From NCBI GenBank assembly GCA_964016885.1, contig OZ024740.1, forward strand, positions 37,696,001 to 37,760,000: a stretch of 64,000 nt of DNA, in the 5' to 3' direction. The stretch is from Eledone cirrhosa (lineage: Eukaryota). Position numbers and translations under genes: made by a program. This document shows, in pieces, positions 38,624-51,800 of the stretch (position 1 is the stretch's first letter; every line of letters begins with the position of its first letter). A model generated the notes under the pieces. It had not been told where the DNA came from. It did no database searches and saw nothing but the letters and a program-made list of their open reading frames with translations.

Positions 38624-41213
38624 CCCTTTCGTTACCAAACCACCCAAAGCCGCCCGAAAAAAATTTTGGTTCATGTGACCAAGCTGCCCAAACTCACACA
38701 TTCATATTTAAATGAGAATATCAGAGCAAATCTCGTTAGTACATTCATGAAAACACATGATTATATTACGTAAACAATTGAGCTACAATTTCGGACAAAT
38801 ATCAACGTGTTATTTTAATTCTGTGAATTTTGGGAGATTTTTTTCCAAATTTGTTCCTGTTGTATTTTGAAAATTTTTAACTCTGACAAAAAATGGATAC
38901 CAATTTCATTCAGTCAAGCAGCGAGTCAGAATTCGAAGGATTTTCTACTGAAGACCTTGAAAAATCTAACTCTATAACTGAAAATAAAAAAGCACGTGGT
39001 ATTTGATAATGAATCCGATGTTTCATTTTCAGAAAGTGAAAGCAGTGAATCCAAAAGCTCCGATGACAGCGATAAAGAAAATGGCACCTGAATGGAGTAA
39101 AAATTTAAAAACTGTTTCTTTCAGTGATTTTTATGAAGAAACTGGACCAAGTCACAGTCTATCCCAGGAGAGCAAAGCTTTAGACTATTTCCTTTTACTT
39201 TTTCCTATGAGCTTGTTTGAAATTATTACAGCAGAAACAAACCGTTACGCTGAAAGTAAACAAGGCGAAAAAAAGGATAGTTTGTGGTTTCCCACAAGCT
39301 TAAATGAAATTAGGGCTTATTTTGCCATAAATATTATTATGGGCATTAGAAAGCTACCCAGAATTACAAATTACTGGAGTACCGATGAACCCTTTGGAGA
39401 CGAATATGTCTCAAGTATAATGACGAGGACACAGTTTTTAAAATTGACGCAGTATTTACATGTAAGAGACACGACCACTACACCAGTACGTGGAGAACCA
39501 AACTATGATCCCTTATTTAAAATAAGACCCCTCATTGATTGTGTTCAAAACACATATAAAACAGTTTACAAACCAGGGAGATATTTATCTATCGATGAGG
39601 GTATGGTGGGCTATAAAGGCCGAGTGCGTTTTCGACAATATATGCCAGGAAAGCCCACAAAATGGGGGATGAAAGTTCGGAAGATTTGCAAATCGAATAC
39701 TGGGTACTGCTCTGGATTTGAATTTTATACTGGCAAAAGAGACAGTTATGTAAGTCAGCATGGCCTAGGGTATGATGTGGTCTGGAATTTATCACTTCCA
39801 TACCATAACCAGGGCCGTATATTATTTTTTGACCGGTTTTTCAGTTCGATCAAACTTGCGGAGAATTTAGATACTGTGGCAACACATACATGTGCTACAG
39901 TGATCGCTAATAGAAAAGGACTGCCGTTGGATATAAAAAAAGCAAAATTTAAAAAAAAAGGTGAAATAATTCAACGGCAGAAAGGAAATTTGCTAGTGAC
40001 CGCATACAGAGATAAGAGGCAGATCAATTTTCTGTCTACCTGTGCACGGCCACATGTGGATGAAAATGGCACCCCATTTGTGAATCTCGATTATAACAGG
40101 TACATGGGTGGTGTAGATTGGATGAATCAGATGATGTCTTATTCAGTTGGCAGATCGGGAAATAAATGGTGGCGATACCTGGTTTGGTATATAGTAAATA
40201 TGAGTATTACTAATGCGTTTATACTATATACCAAATCGGGACCGGCTCGAAAGCAATGCGACCATCTGCAGTTTAGAGCAGATGTAGCAACACAATTAAG
40301 AGCTGGTTATTCCTTAAAAAAAAAAACTAGGTAGAAAACCAAAGCCTGCCAGAGAGATATCCCTCTGAATTCAGCCGATCTCCATAAATTAGAAAAAATC
40401 GAGGGTCGCAAAAGGCAGTGTCGTGAATGCCTTCATCAAAAAAGGAAAGCTCCTAGTGGAAGGTCTGTTGAAACAACTTTCCAATGTGCATTCTGCAAGG
40501 TTGCATTATGTAGAGCAGGGTGCTTCACAAGTTTTCATGATAGGAATAAGGTTTGATTTGTATATATATGTGATTTTATTTTATTAATATTTTCAAATTT
40601 ACTTCATTTTTATTTTTATTTATGTGTAATTTTAATTTACCTGTTATTTTAATTTACCTGTAAGGTGAATGACGAATTTTGATTAATTTCTTTTGTAAAT
40701 CATTATTGTATATTTCTGCATATCTATGTATGTGGGAGAGCTTATTTAATCTAGTTGATGGTGTGTGTATTTTGTTTTCTAGTTTTCTTCACAGACAAAT
40801 TCCAGTCTTTCGTTTTATTTATACCTTTATGGTACACCTGTCCTTTGTGTGTTTAAATTCACCTGATAAATCCAGTAATGTGCACAACTCTTCTATAGTA
40901 AAATTTTTTTGTATACCCAATTGAATATTAGCTAATAACCCATTTTCTATAGCGATGTTTGAACAAAATTTAAATAATTTCATATTTTGTTGAATTTACC
41001 TGTATTTACCTGTAATTAGAGTCACTTTGAGACAAAAATTATGGAATAGAATTAGTTGAGAACCTTTCGTTAAATTTTCTTCCAAAAATCACATTAATAT
41101 GTTGATAAATAAAAAAGTTGTTTAATGAAACCAGACTAAATTTATGATTATGTTAGAAATTAATTGAAACACATAAGGGGTGTATTTTGGTTAGAAATAT
41201 GGTAACGAAAGGG
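38624..41213 (+). mobile_element. Full-length piggyBac transposon (2590 bp) in a NOM1 intron, antisense to the gene
   Basis: TTAA at 38620-38623 and 41214-41217; perfect 14-bp TIRs CCCTTTCGTTACCA / TGGTAACGAAAGGG. Confidence 0.97.
38893..40556 (+). pseudogene. piggyBac transposase with three apparent lesions
   Basis: Acidic N-terminus from ATG 38893; DDD triad SIDEGM / FFDRFFSS / MGGVD; Cys-rich C-terminal domain CREC..CAFC..LC..CF..FH in frame after a TAG at 40332-40334; two +1 shifts in A-runs near 38990 and 39080. Confidence 0.92.
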
Positions 41214-41592
41214 TTAAATGGATGTTTACAAATTCCTATGAAAGGAGTAGCTAATTCTTCAGTTTCCATAACAGTAAATGAAGGACAGAAAGAATTCATA
41301 GCTAAACATTATAAGTTGAATTTTAAAATAGACATGAATTAAATTGCCATTTAAGAAGATATAAAAACAACACATCAAATAGTTGAACTATACACCTGAT
41401 AGTCTTAACTTGAAGAAATTGAATAAATACTTTAAACACTTGTTTAATATACAATTCAAAACAAGTAATCCTGTTAATATATAACATACCACACTGTATT
41501 TATTTGTTTACAATAATATACTGAATTGCAGAGAAAAAAGAGTGTATTGTTTTGTCAATGAAATCATTATATCATAGAGGAAAGATAGTTAC

Positions 41593-41757
41593 CTGAAAAC
41601 GTCTGTGAAATTCACAGAACTTCTGAAGAAGGTGTGCATAGTAAGGATTATACTCTTTTTCTTGGATACAACAATCAACAATAACATGAACAATATCTCT
41701 TTCTTGTACTGACTTTAGTTTTAGTTGAAGCAGTCGTTGAAAGGCATCCACAAAATC
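41593..41757 (-). CDS. NOM1: NOM1 exon (DFVDAFQRLLQL...DCCIQEKEYNPYY...RRFQ), MA3/MI domain
   Basis: 165 bp, AG/GT, phase 0/0; resembles DFLDAFEKLLKL..DCCLQEKTYNPFY. Confidence 0.96.
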
Positions 41758-42477
41758 CTAAAGTCAGATAAAACAAACATGTTGTCTAGATAATTAAAAA
41801 GATAGCATGGTACAATTATATAATGAACTATTGCAAGACAAAATTAGATTAATGTATAAAACATTTGTGGATCATCATCATCCACATTCAGTTAGAAATG
41901 GTAGCCTTTCTCACTAAGTATTTTAATCTTATATTTTCCTTTGTCGTATTTCATCTCACAAAGCAATTGTTTCTTCATAAAACTATTTCAACAGCTTATT
42001 TATTTGTTATTACAATCAACATCATCTTGACTATGGAAAGAATTTTACTTTTGTTAAGGAGTCTACAAATCTTTTGGGGCCAAGTATTTTCGAAGAATAT
42101 CCAGCTGTAGGAAACTTGCCAAGCAAAGGGTCAGGAGGACTTTTCAGTTGTATCAATGACATGACAAGCTCCCTACTACTGGCGCTCCAATAAAATGCAC
42201 AGTACATTCTGTATAGTGTGGGGATGTATGTCAGTGAGATGTGGCCCCTGACCTGTCTGAGAGAGTGCCACAACAAATGTGTTGGGGGTACTCTGTTGAG
42301 TGTGGAAACATGTGTAAGCATGATGCAGGTCCCCGGCCTGGCTGAGGGGTCAGTATTTCTGACTAAATACTGACTTTGTGATGACCTACCTAGTCCATGA
42401 TAGCAAGATTAGCTTTGACTGTGTCTGTCTGTGTATGATGTGTGAATATGGTGTGTATGTATGTGTGCATGGTGTAT

Positions 42478-42910
42478 GGGTCATTCCAATGAAATTCAAC
42501 AGGGATTCATTCTAGAGGTCTTCATATTTTCTTCAAATTTTTACCATTTATTAGTATCTATCAGAGAAATAATTCCTAAAAATATTTGCTCCATATCTCC
42601 TTCCAATCAGATTTTATGGCCATTTAAATATTTGGACGATTTTCGAAATTTTGAAAATATTGAATTTATTTGATTTTCAGAGATCCAAGTGGCTTTTATC
42701 CCATGCCTTTGGAACTTGATTTCCTTAATCTCTGCCATCTGAAGACCTCAGACACTGAAACCAATTGTTTTAAGCTAGCCACTTAATAAAAAAATATTAA
42801 CTGAAAATTAGAAAAAATTACATCTCCGATGGATAAATAAATGGTGAAATTTTGAAGAAAATCTAAAGACATCTAAGATGGACCACTGTTGAATTTCACT
42901 GGAATGACCG
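42478..42910. mobile_element. Non-autonomous DNA transposon (MITE), possibly Sola-type
   Basis: 24-bp TIRs GGTCATTCCAATGAAATTCAACAG / CTGTTGAATTTCACTGGAATGACC (one mismatch), with a 4-bp direct repeat GTAT on both sides. The superfamily is a guess. Confidence 0.8.
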
Positions 42911-43178
42911 GTATGTGTATGTATATGCATTTCTGTTTATATCAGTATTACTGGTGCTATTGCTTATGTTGTATTTCTTTATATCCTGTAACTAAGAAGT
43001 TTGACAAACAGAGATCGATAAAATGATACTGAGATCAATATGAGGTGATGCCTAAGCATACTGCATACCAAAGTGTGAAGCTAGTAACAGAATATATAGG
43101 GATCAATATGACATGAAGGTGGTGCCCAAGCATGCTGCATACCAAGAATAAGAGAATTATGATTAATCAGTGCCAAAC

Positions 43179-43300
43179 CTCGCTAGCCATAAGAGTACAG
43201 AATATATTTCTTCGGATATCTGTATTCATTCGTTGCTTTCTTGACAATTCTAGGAAATTCTTCACGTCTTCATTCACTGATGGAATTAACTCTTTATCAT
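43179..43300 (-). CDS. NOM1: NOM1 exon (DKELIPS...LELSRKQRMNTDIRRNIFCTLMASE)
   Basis: 122 bp, AG/GT, phase 1/0; RKQRMNTDIRRNIFC is the NOM1/Sgd1 MA3 signature. Confidence 0.96.
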
Positions 43301-44435
43301 CTTTAGAAATATGAAAATGGGAAAAAATGTTTTAATATCTTAAATTATCATCCTTCAAATGATTTTGTATTCTTTAAAACAAAATGAAAAGACTTTAAAT
43401 GATTAGTTTGATGTGATGTCACCCTTTCTCGTCACATAGCAAGCTGTGAAACTTAGATTTCAACATGCTTCAGATGTGGAAAGCTAACAGACATCTCAAA
43501 CTGCCCAACTGAATGTCAGCCCCAATACAGCCCTCACTGCAGGCACTAACCTCTCTTGGGGGCCAATTCAATGCTGCCATACAACACTGGGGACTGCGCC
43601 TCCAGCAGCTTGCTAGTGTGGTTCATTAAAGCAGACTGCTGAACATACTAAGTGAGTGCCCAAATACCTGCCCACCTGAAAGTGTGGACCTCACACATCC
43701 TAATGCCACTACAATGAGCTTGTTGCAGCGCCTGGGTCACGTGACTGCTGTTTCATACACAAGAAGAAGATACTTTTCCAGAGAGTATCAATAACATTAA
43801 ATGAAATAAAATGGTTTAAATAGTGAAGTGTGTTGTTGTTTGTGTTAGTTGGAACTTCCCATAAAAGCCTGTAAATATGGATTAAACTATTAACCTTTGA
43901 TATCAGTGTTTCACTTTGGCTTCATTAATATTAAGTAAGGAAGAAACAAATCTCATCTAGAAGAGAACATTTGTCTGTTGCAAGAATCCCCAGAAAATCC
44001 TGATACCTAGTCTCTGTAATTCCTAATGGAGTCATGGGGGCACCATCTTGAGCACTTTAAACCTGACAGAGCTCATCCTCTCTCTGACCCTCTCCTAATA
44101 TTAGTTGGTAAACTACATTAATGCAAAATTTAGAGTTTTTCCCAGAAACAACTTTTTTTATTCTGGTTGACCTCTTGGATTGGCAGCATAGTTACGGCCC
44201 TTTATGACCCTTTATGGTTTGAGTTCAAATCCCGCTGAGGTTAACTTTGCCTTTCATCCTTACAAGGTCGACAAATTAAAGAACCAGTAATACACTGGGG
44301 TAATTGCTGGCCTTGTGCCAAAAGGAGAAACAATTATTTGTCTGTTCACTACTCTCCCCATTATTTGTACTTTATATATAACCCTTGTATTCAGCCTGTT
44401 GATTTAGGGACCAGAAAATAGCAACATTTACTCAC

Positions 44436-44555
44436 TTTGGGAAGTTTCTTTTTCTCCTGACCAAGCAGAACCAACTATCCACCATCGTCCTTTTGTGTCT
44501 GCATTTTGTAAATCACTCAAACTCACTCGCAGCTGGTTATCACCAATAGATTTGT
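44436..44555 (-). CDS. NOM1: NOM1 exon (QLRVSLSDLQNADTKGRWWIVGSAWSG)
   Basis: 120 bp, AG/GTGAG, phase 1/1; GRWWIVGSAW is a NOM1 hallmark. Confidence 0.97.
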
Positions 44556-44671
44556 CTGATGAAAAATAAATACATGTAGTTTAAAATATGTAATAAAATC
44601 CATATATTCCAAAATATATTGCTTTAATAATTTGATTTTGAACATTTGTTTTTGTAAGATAAAAAATATGA

Positions 44672-44841
44672 TTTAACTCTTTAGCATTTACATTACTCTA
44701 TATTTATTATATTTTTGCGGTAAAGGCTTTATCACACATAATATTGAAGTAATGAGATTTTGATATTATTTATTTTGAGAACAATACCTTAACATCAGTA
44801 TGACATGCCAGTTATGACCAGTTTAAATGCTAAAGGGTTAA
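44672..44841. mobile_element. TTAA-flanked piggyBac-type MITE
   Basis: TTAACTCTTTAGCATTT...AAATGCTAAAGGGTTAA; homologous copies at ~61298-61523 and ~61619-61812. Confidence 0.8.
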
Positions 44842-45181
44842 TAGATGATAAATAATCTATTAAAGTAAACAAAAGTTAAGTTTTAGAAGTAGTTTTCAAT
44901 TCCTCACTTGATTCAGCTAATCTAATACCCATGCTAGCATGGAAGATAGACGTTAAACAATGATGATGATGATGATATGGAGAGAATATTTGTAGGGATG
45001 GAACTAGCTAGATTTATACTTTTTCCATCTAACTTCAACCCAGACTAACCTCAATTACTAATCCACCCTCCACAAAATGTCATTTTAAGGGATTCCCTTT
45101 CCACCCAACTTTTTCTTGCAGATCTCAACTTATAGATATTTAAACATATCTCTCTTACTAGTCTCAATAAGCCCGTCAACA

Positions 45182-47580
45182 TCATTGACATTGCCAACTG
45201 TCTGACTAAACAAGTTATTGACAACTGTCCGACTAAACCAGCCATTGACATTGCCAACTGTCTGACTAAACCAGTTATTGACATTGCCAACTGTCTGACT
45301 AAACCAGTTATTGACATTGCCAACTGTCTGACAAAACAAGTTATTGACATTGCCAATTGTCTGACTAAACCAGCCATTGACATTGGCAACTGTCTGACTA
45401 AACAAGTTATTGACATTGCCAACTGTCTGACTAAACCAGTTATTGACATTGCCAACTGTCAGACTAAACAAGTTATTGACATTGCCAACTGTCTGACTAA
45501 ACCAGTTATTGACATTGCCAACTGTCTGACTAAACAAGTTATTGACATTGCCAACTGTCTGACTAAACCAGCCATTGACATTGCCAACTGTCTGACTAAA
45601 CAAGTTATTGACATTGCCAACTGTCTGACTAAACCAGCCATTGACATTGCCAACTGTCAGACTAAACAAGTTATTGACATTGCCAACTGTCTGACTAAAC
45701 AAGTTATTGACATTGCCAACTGTCTGACTAAACAAGTTATTGACCTTGCCAACTGTCAGACTAAACAAGTTATTGACATTGCCAACTGTCTGACTAAACC
45801 AGTTATTGACATTGCCAACTCTCAGACTAAACAAGTTATTGACCTTGCCAACTGTCAGACTAAACAAGTTATTGACCTTGCCAAATGTCAGACTAAACAA
45901 GTTATTGACATTGCCAACTGTCTGACTAAACCAGTTATTGACATTGCCAACTGTAAGACTAAACAAGTTATTGACATTGCCAACTGTCTGACTAAACCAG
46001 TTATTGACATTGCCAACTGTCTGACTAAACAAGTTATTGACATTGCCAACTGTCAGACTAAACAAGTTATTGACCTTGCCAACTGTCAGACTAAACAAGT
46101 TATTGACCTTGCCAACTGTCTGACTAAACCAGTTATTGACATTGCCAACTGTCTGACTAAACCAGTTATTGACATTGCCAACTGTCAGACTAAACAAGTT
46201 ATTGACATTGCCAACTGTCTGACTAAACCAGTTATTGACATTGCCAACTGTCTGACTAAACAAGTTATTGACATTGCCAACTGTCTGACTAAACAAGTTA
46301 TTGACATTGCCAACTGTCTGACTAAACCAGCCATTGACATTGCCAACTGTCTGACTAAACAAGTTATTGACATTGCCAACTGTCTGACTAAACCAGCCAT
46401 TGACATTGCCAACTGTCTGACTAAACAAGTTATTGACATTGCTAACTGTCTGACTAAACAAGTTATTGACATTGCCAACTGTCTGACTAAACAAGTTATT
46501 GACCTTGCCAACTGTCAGACTAAACAAGTTATTGACATTGCCAACTGTCTGACTAAACCAGTTATTGACATTGCCAACTCTCAGACTAAACAAGTTATTG
46601 ACCTTGCCAACTGTCAGACTAAACAAGTTATTGACCTTGCCAACTGTCAGACTAAACAAGTTATTGACATTGCCAACTGTCTGACTAAACCAGTTATTGA
46701 CATTGCCAACTGTCTGACTAAACCAGTTATTGACATTGCCAACTGTCTGACTAAACCAGTTATTGACATTGCCAACTGTCTGACTAAACAAGTTATTGAC
46801 ATTGCCAACTGTCAGACTAAACAAGTTATTGACATTGCCAACTGTCTGACTAAACCAGTTATTGACATTGCCAACTGTCTGACTAAACAAGTTATTGACA
46901 TTGCCAACTCTCAGACTAAACAAGTTATTGACATTGCTAACTGTCTGACTAAACAAGTTATTGACATTGCCAACTGTCTGACTAAACCAGTTATTGACAT
47001 TGCCAACTGTCTGACTAAACCAGTTATTGACATTGCCAACTGTCTGACTAAACAAGTTATTGACATTGCCAACTGTAAGACTAAACAAGTTATTGACATT
47101 GCCAACTGTCTGACTAAACAAGTTATTGACATTGCCAACTGTAAGACTAAACAAGTTATTGACATTGCCAACTGTCTGACTAAACCAGTTATTGACATTG
47201 CCAACTGTAAGACTAAACAAGTTATTGACATTGCCAACTGTCAGACTAAACAAGTTATTGACCTTGCCAACTGTCAGACTAAACAAGTTATTGACATTGC
47301 CAACTGTCTGACTAAACCAGTTATTGACATTGCCAACTGTCTGACTAAACCAGTTATTGACATTGCCAACTGTCTGACTAAACAAGTTATTGACATTGCC
47401 AACTGTCTGACTAAACAAGTTATTGACATTGCCAACTGTCAGACTAAACAAGTTATTGACATTGCCAACTGTCTGACTAAACAATTTATTGACATTGCCA
47501 ACTGTCAGACTAAACAAGTTATTGACATTGCCAACTGTCTGACTAAACAATTTATTGACATTGCCAGCTCTGAAACTAAA
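45182..47580. repeat. 33-bp intronic minisatellite (~72 copies)
   Basis: Unit TTGACATTGCCAACTGTCTGACTAAACAAGTTA with a few recurring variants. Confidence 0.98.
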
Positions 47581-47861
47581 TCATTAAAAAATAATGATTC
47601 GCTGTTTCTGATAAAATTTAGAAGTTAGCTGAATTTTTAGCCCACTTTTCTAATTTTATCAAAACTTCACTTGATATGGTGTCTTAAGAAGTTTAGTTAT
47701 CTTCCTTTATGCCTAAGTTGAAATTCTGCTAGTTGATGTCAATAAAATAAATATATACTAAGGTTGATTCAATAATCAATATCTTCTCTTTAAATGTGGT
47801 GCCTTTTACCAAAGTTAGAAACCATTATTGAATATTTTTCTTTTAGTTATCTGCAATTCAG

Positions 47862-48457
47862 AGTAGATTGTTACCACAATGATTTCCTGGTTTCACAGTT
47901 GCTGATCCCCTGCCTAAATATATAGATTGTTACCACAATGATTTCCTGGTTTCACAGTTGGTGATCTCCTGTCTAAATATATAGATTGTTACCACAATGA
48001 TTTCCTGGTTTCACAGTTGGTGATCTCCTGTCTAAATATATAGATTGTTACCACAATGATTTTCCTGGTTTCAAAGTTGGTGATCTCCTGTCTAAATATA
48101 TAGATTGTTACCACAATGATTTTCCTGGTTTCAAAGTTGGTGATCTCCTGTCTAAATATATAGATTGTTACCACAATGATTTTCCTGGTTTCAAAGTTGG
48201 TGATCTCCTGTCTAAATATATAAATTGTTACCACAATGATTTTCCTGGTTTCACAGTTGGTGATCTCCTGTCTAAATATATAGATTGTTACCACAATAAT
48301 TTTCTGTGTTTCAAAGTTGGTGATCTAGAAATTTACCACAATTATTTTCCTGGTTTCACAATTGGTGATCACCTGTCTAAATATATAGATTGTTACCACT
48401 ATAATTTTCTGAGTTTCAAAGTATTGTTGGTGATTTCCTGACTAAATACAGAGATTG
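47862..48457. repeat. 59-60-bp intronic minisatellite (~9 copies)
   Basis: Unit ACCACAATGATTTTCCTGGTTTCAAAGTTGGTGATCTCCTGTCTAAATATATAGATTGTT; successive 60-base lines align. Confidence 0.95.
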
Positions 48458-48796
48458 AACACATAACTACAGCTTCATTTTTAAATATTTCACTCTATAA
48501 ACACTAGAATTATGTGTAAGAAGTATATTACACTCAATGGCAACCATATTTGTTTAATTATTTAAAATATCAAATATATCTACTTAGTTCTTTATATTTA
48601 TAATCATACTATACATATTAGACATAATTTTACCTCATAAATGCACAAAATTCAAACAAAATGTAGCTTACTTTGATTCTCATATTTTTTCATGCACAAA
48701 CATCTAAAAACACTGGCAATAAACCCTACCTTCTAATGTTATGAAGTAAGAAGTTACTAATTAGTTATGTATTCAAATAATAAAATAGTTGATTAC

Positions 48797-49030
48797 TTCG
48801 TGTTAAATGTTTAGCTAACTTGATAAACCGTTGCAGCAGTTCAAGTCTTTCTTGGTGATCCCCTTTACAGACATTATTGTTTTTCACAGCCAGGAGAGTA
48901 TCAAGAATAAACCTCATCCTCCCTGGTTCTTCAAACTCTTCTGTATTAACTGTGCTAGATTTCTGTTGAATATTGGAAATTACATCCCTCAGCTGGGTCG
49001 GGTCATCTTTGCGTAATCCAAAACCACAAT
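48797..49030 (-). CDS. NOM1: NOM1 exon (CGFGLRKDDPTQL...GRMRFILDTLLAVKNNN...), end of MIF4G domain
   Basis: 234 bp, AG/GT, phase 1/1; resembles GFSLRKDD..RIRFMLETMLALKNND. Confidence 0.96.
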
Positions 49031-49499
49031 CTACAAATAAATTACAAAATCAAAAAGATAAACACAAGTTGATGATAGGAAGAGCATCCAAACAAAGGGC
49101 TGAGTAGACACATCAGCTGTGTCAAAGACATGACAACCTCCATAGTGATGGTGCCATCCAACCCTTGCAAGCAGGAAAAAGAGACATCAAATGATGATAT
49201 TAACCTTTAGCACTCTAAATATTTGCTTCCCTCGACACTGCATTATGTACTACTACTGGCAACATGAGGGGCTAGAGCGTGCTGAAAGTTAAACCAAATC
49301 ACAAATTCTTAATAAAGAAAAAATACTAATAAACATTTTAAAAACTTTTTCCTTTCTAAAGCAGAGGTTAACCTTGCAGACTCCATGACAGTTTTAACTG
49401 TACTCATCACAGTTCTCTTTTTGAAGCAGAGTTTCTGCAGCCTGATATCTTTCCTGATACTAACCCTTTTAGTTGCCTTAGGGATAACATGCACGAATA

Positions 49500-51800
49500 A
49501 GATATACATAATCTGAAACTGGGGTATAGACAGTAATAATAGAACATGTAGGGATACACAACCATAATATAACAAGTAGAGATACAGTTATAATACAATA
49601 TGTAGGGATACACAGCAATAATATAACATGTAGGGATAGACAGCTATAATATAATATGTAGGGATCATCATCATCATCATCATCAACGTTTAACGTCCGT
49701 GTTCCACGCTTGCATGGGTTTGGACGGGGGTAGTCCCACTTGAGGCAAGAGTGATTGTCTTGCTCGCATAGGACTGTCTGGCAGGTTTTCTACAGTTGGA
49801 TGCCCTTCCTAACACCAACCACATTTACAGTGTGGGTCTGGGAGGTTTTTACCGTGTTGCCTACACGGCCACATTACAGCGTGGACTGTGTGTTTTTTTG
49901 TCGTGACACCTACACGATCTCATTTGTTTCGGCCTCGATGGCGCGGCACCAACATAACTTTACATAGAACGGGGTGGTGTGGATCGGGTGGGGGTGGTGG
50001 TGGTGGGACGGGGTGTATTTTGTTAGAGATGCCTACTGGCTGGAGTAGGTTTTACTATATATTTAGGTAAGGCGGGTCTTCTCTGTTACTGAGTACCGCC
50101 AAAGGTCTCGGTCCAGTGACATTGTCTTGGAGAGGTGTAAGTGTGTGATGTCGGAGTTTATCAGCTCGTATAATATAACATGTAGGAATACACATCCATA
50201 ATATAACATGTAGTAATAGTTATAATATAACATGTAGGGATACACAGCCATAATATAACATGTAGGGATAGTTATAATCTAACGTGTAGGGATATAGTTA
50301 TAATAGACCATGTGGGGATATACCACAATAAAATAACATGTAGAGATACACAGCCATATAACATGTGGGGATACACCACAATAAAATAACATGTAGGGAT
50401 ACATAGCCATACTATAACATATAGGGATACACAGCCATAATATAACAGAGATACAGTTATACTATAACATGTAAGAACACACAGCTATAATATAACATGT
50501 AGGGATAGATACAGTTATAAAATAATAAGTAAGGATATTGTGTAGATATTCTGAAACTGAGATAGTTATAACATGTAGGGATATTGTGTAGATATTCTGA
50601 AACTGGGATACAGTTATAACATGTAGGGATATTGTGTAGATATTCTGAAACTGAGATACAGTTATAAGATTTAGGGATATTGTGTAAATATTCTGAAACT
50701 GAGATAGTTATAACATGTAGGGATGTTGTGTAGATATTCTGAAACTGAGATACAGTTATAAGATGTAGGGATATTGTGTAGATATTCTGAAACTGAGATA
50801 CAGTCATAACATGTAGGGATATTGTGTAGATATTCTGAAACTGGGATAAAGTTATAACATGTAGGGATATTGTGTAGATATTCTGAAACTGATAGTTATA
50901 ACATGTAGGGATATTGTGTAGATATTCTGAAACTGAGATAAAGTTATAACATGTAGGGATATTGTGTAGATATTCTGAAACTGAGATACAGTTATAACAT
51001 GTAGGGATATTGTGTAGATATTCTGAAACTAAGATACAGTTATAACATGTAGGGATATTGTGTAGATATTCTGAAACTGAGATACAGTTATAACATGTAG
51101 GGATATTGTGTAGATATTCTGAAACTGAGATAGTTACATGTCGGGATATTGTGTAGATATTCTGAAACTGAGATACAGTTATAACATGTAGGGATATTGT
51201 GTAGATATTCTGAAACTGAGATACAGTCATAACATGTAGGGATATTGTGTAGATATTCTGAAACTGAGATACAGTTATACCATGTAGGGATATTGTGTAG
51301 ATATCCTGAAACTGAGATAGTTATAACATGTAGGGATATTGTGTAGATATTCTGAAACTGAGATACAGTTATAACATGTAGGGATATTGTGTAGATATTC
51401 TGAAACTGAGATAGTTATACCATGTAGGGATATTGTGTAGATATTCTGAAACTGAGATACAGTTATAACATATAGGGATATTGTGTAGATATTCTGAAAC
51501 TGATACATTTATAACATGTAGGGATATTGTGTAGATATTCTGAAACTGAGATACAGTTATAACATGTAGGGATATTGTGTAGATATTCTGAAACTGAGAT
51601 ACAGTTATACCATGTAGGGATATTGTGTAGATATCCTGAAACTGAGATAGTTATAACATGTAGGGATATTGTGTAGATATTCTGAAACTGAGATACAGTC
51701 ATAACATGTAGGGATATTGTGTAGATATTCTGAAACTGAGATACAGTTATAACATGTAGGGATATTGTGTAGATATTCGGAAACTGAGATACAGTTATAA
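49500..51800. repeat. Composite minisatellite: degenerate short ATAACATGTAGGGATA units grading into a 44-48-bp array (50520-51800)
   Basis: Unit GATATTGTGTAGATATTCTGAAACTGAGATACAGTTATAACATGTAGG; interrupted by the RTE 3' end at 49664-50169. Confidence 0.95.
49664..50169 (-). mobile_element. Young 5'-truncated RTE 3' end, inverted relative to 59449-59943
   Basis: Nearly identical reverse complement; the track ORFs 49755+ and 59646- are almost the same peptide; (ATC)n tail. Confidence 0.95.
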
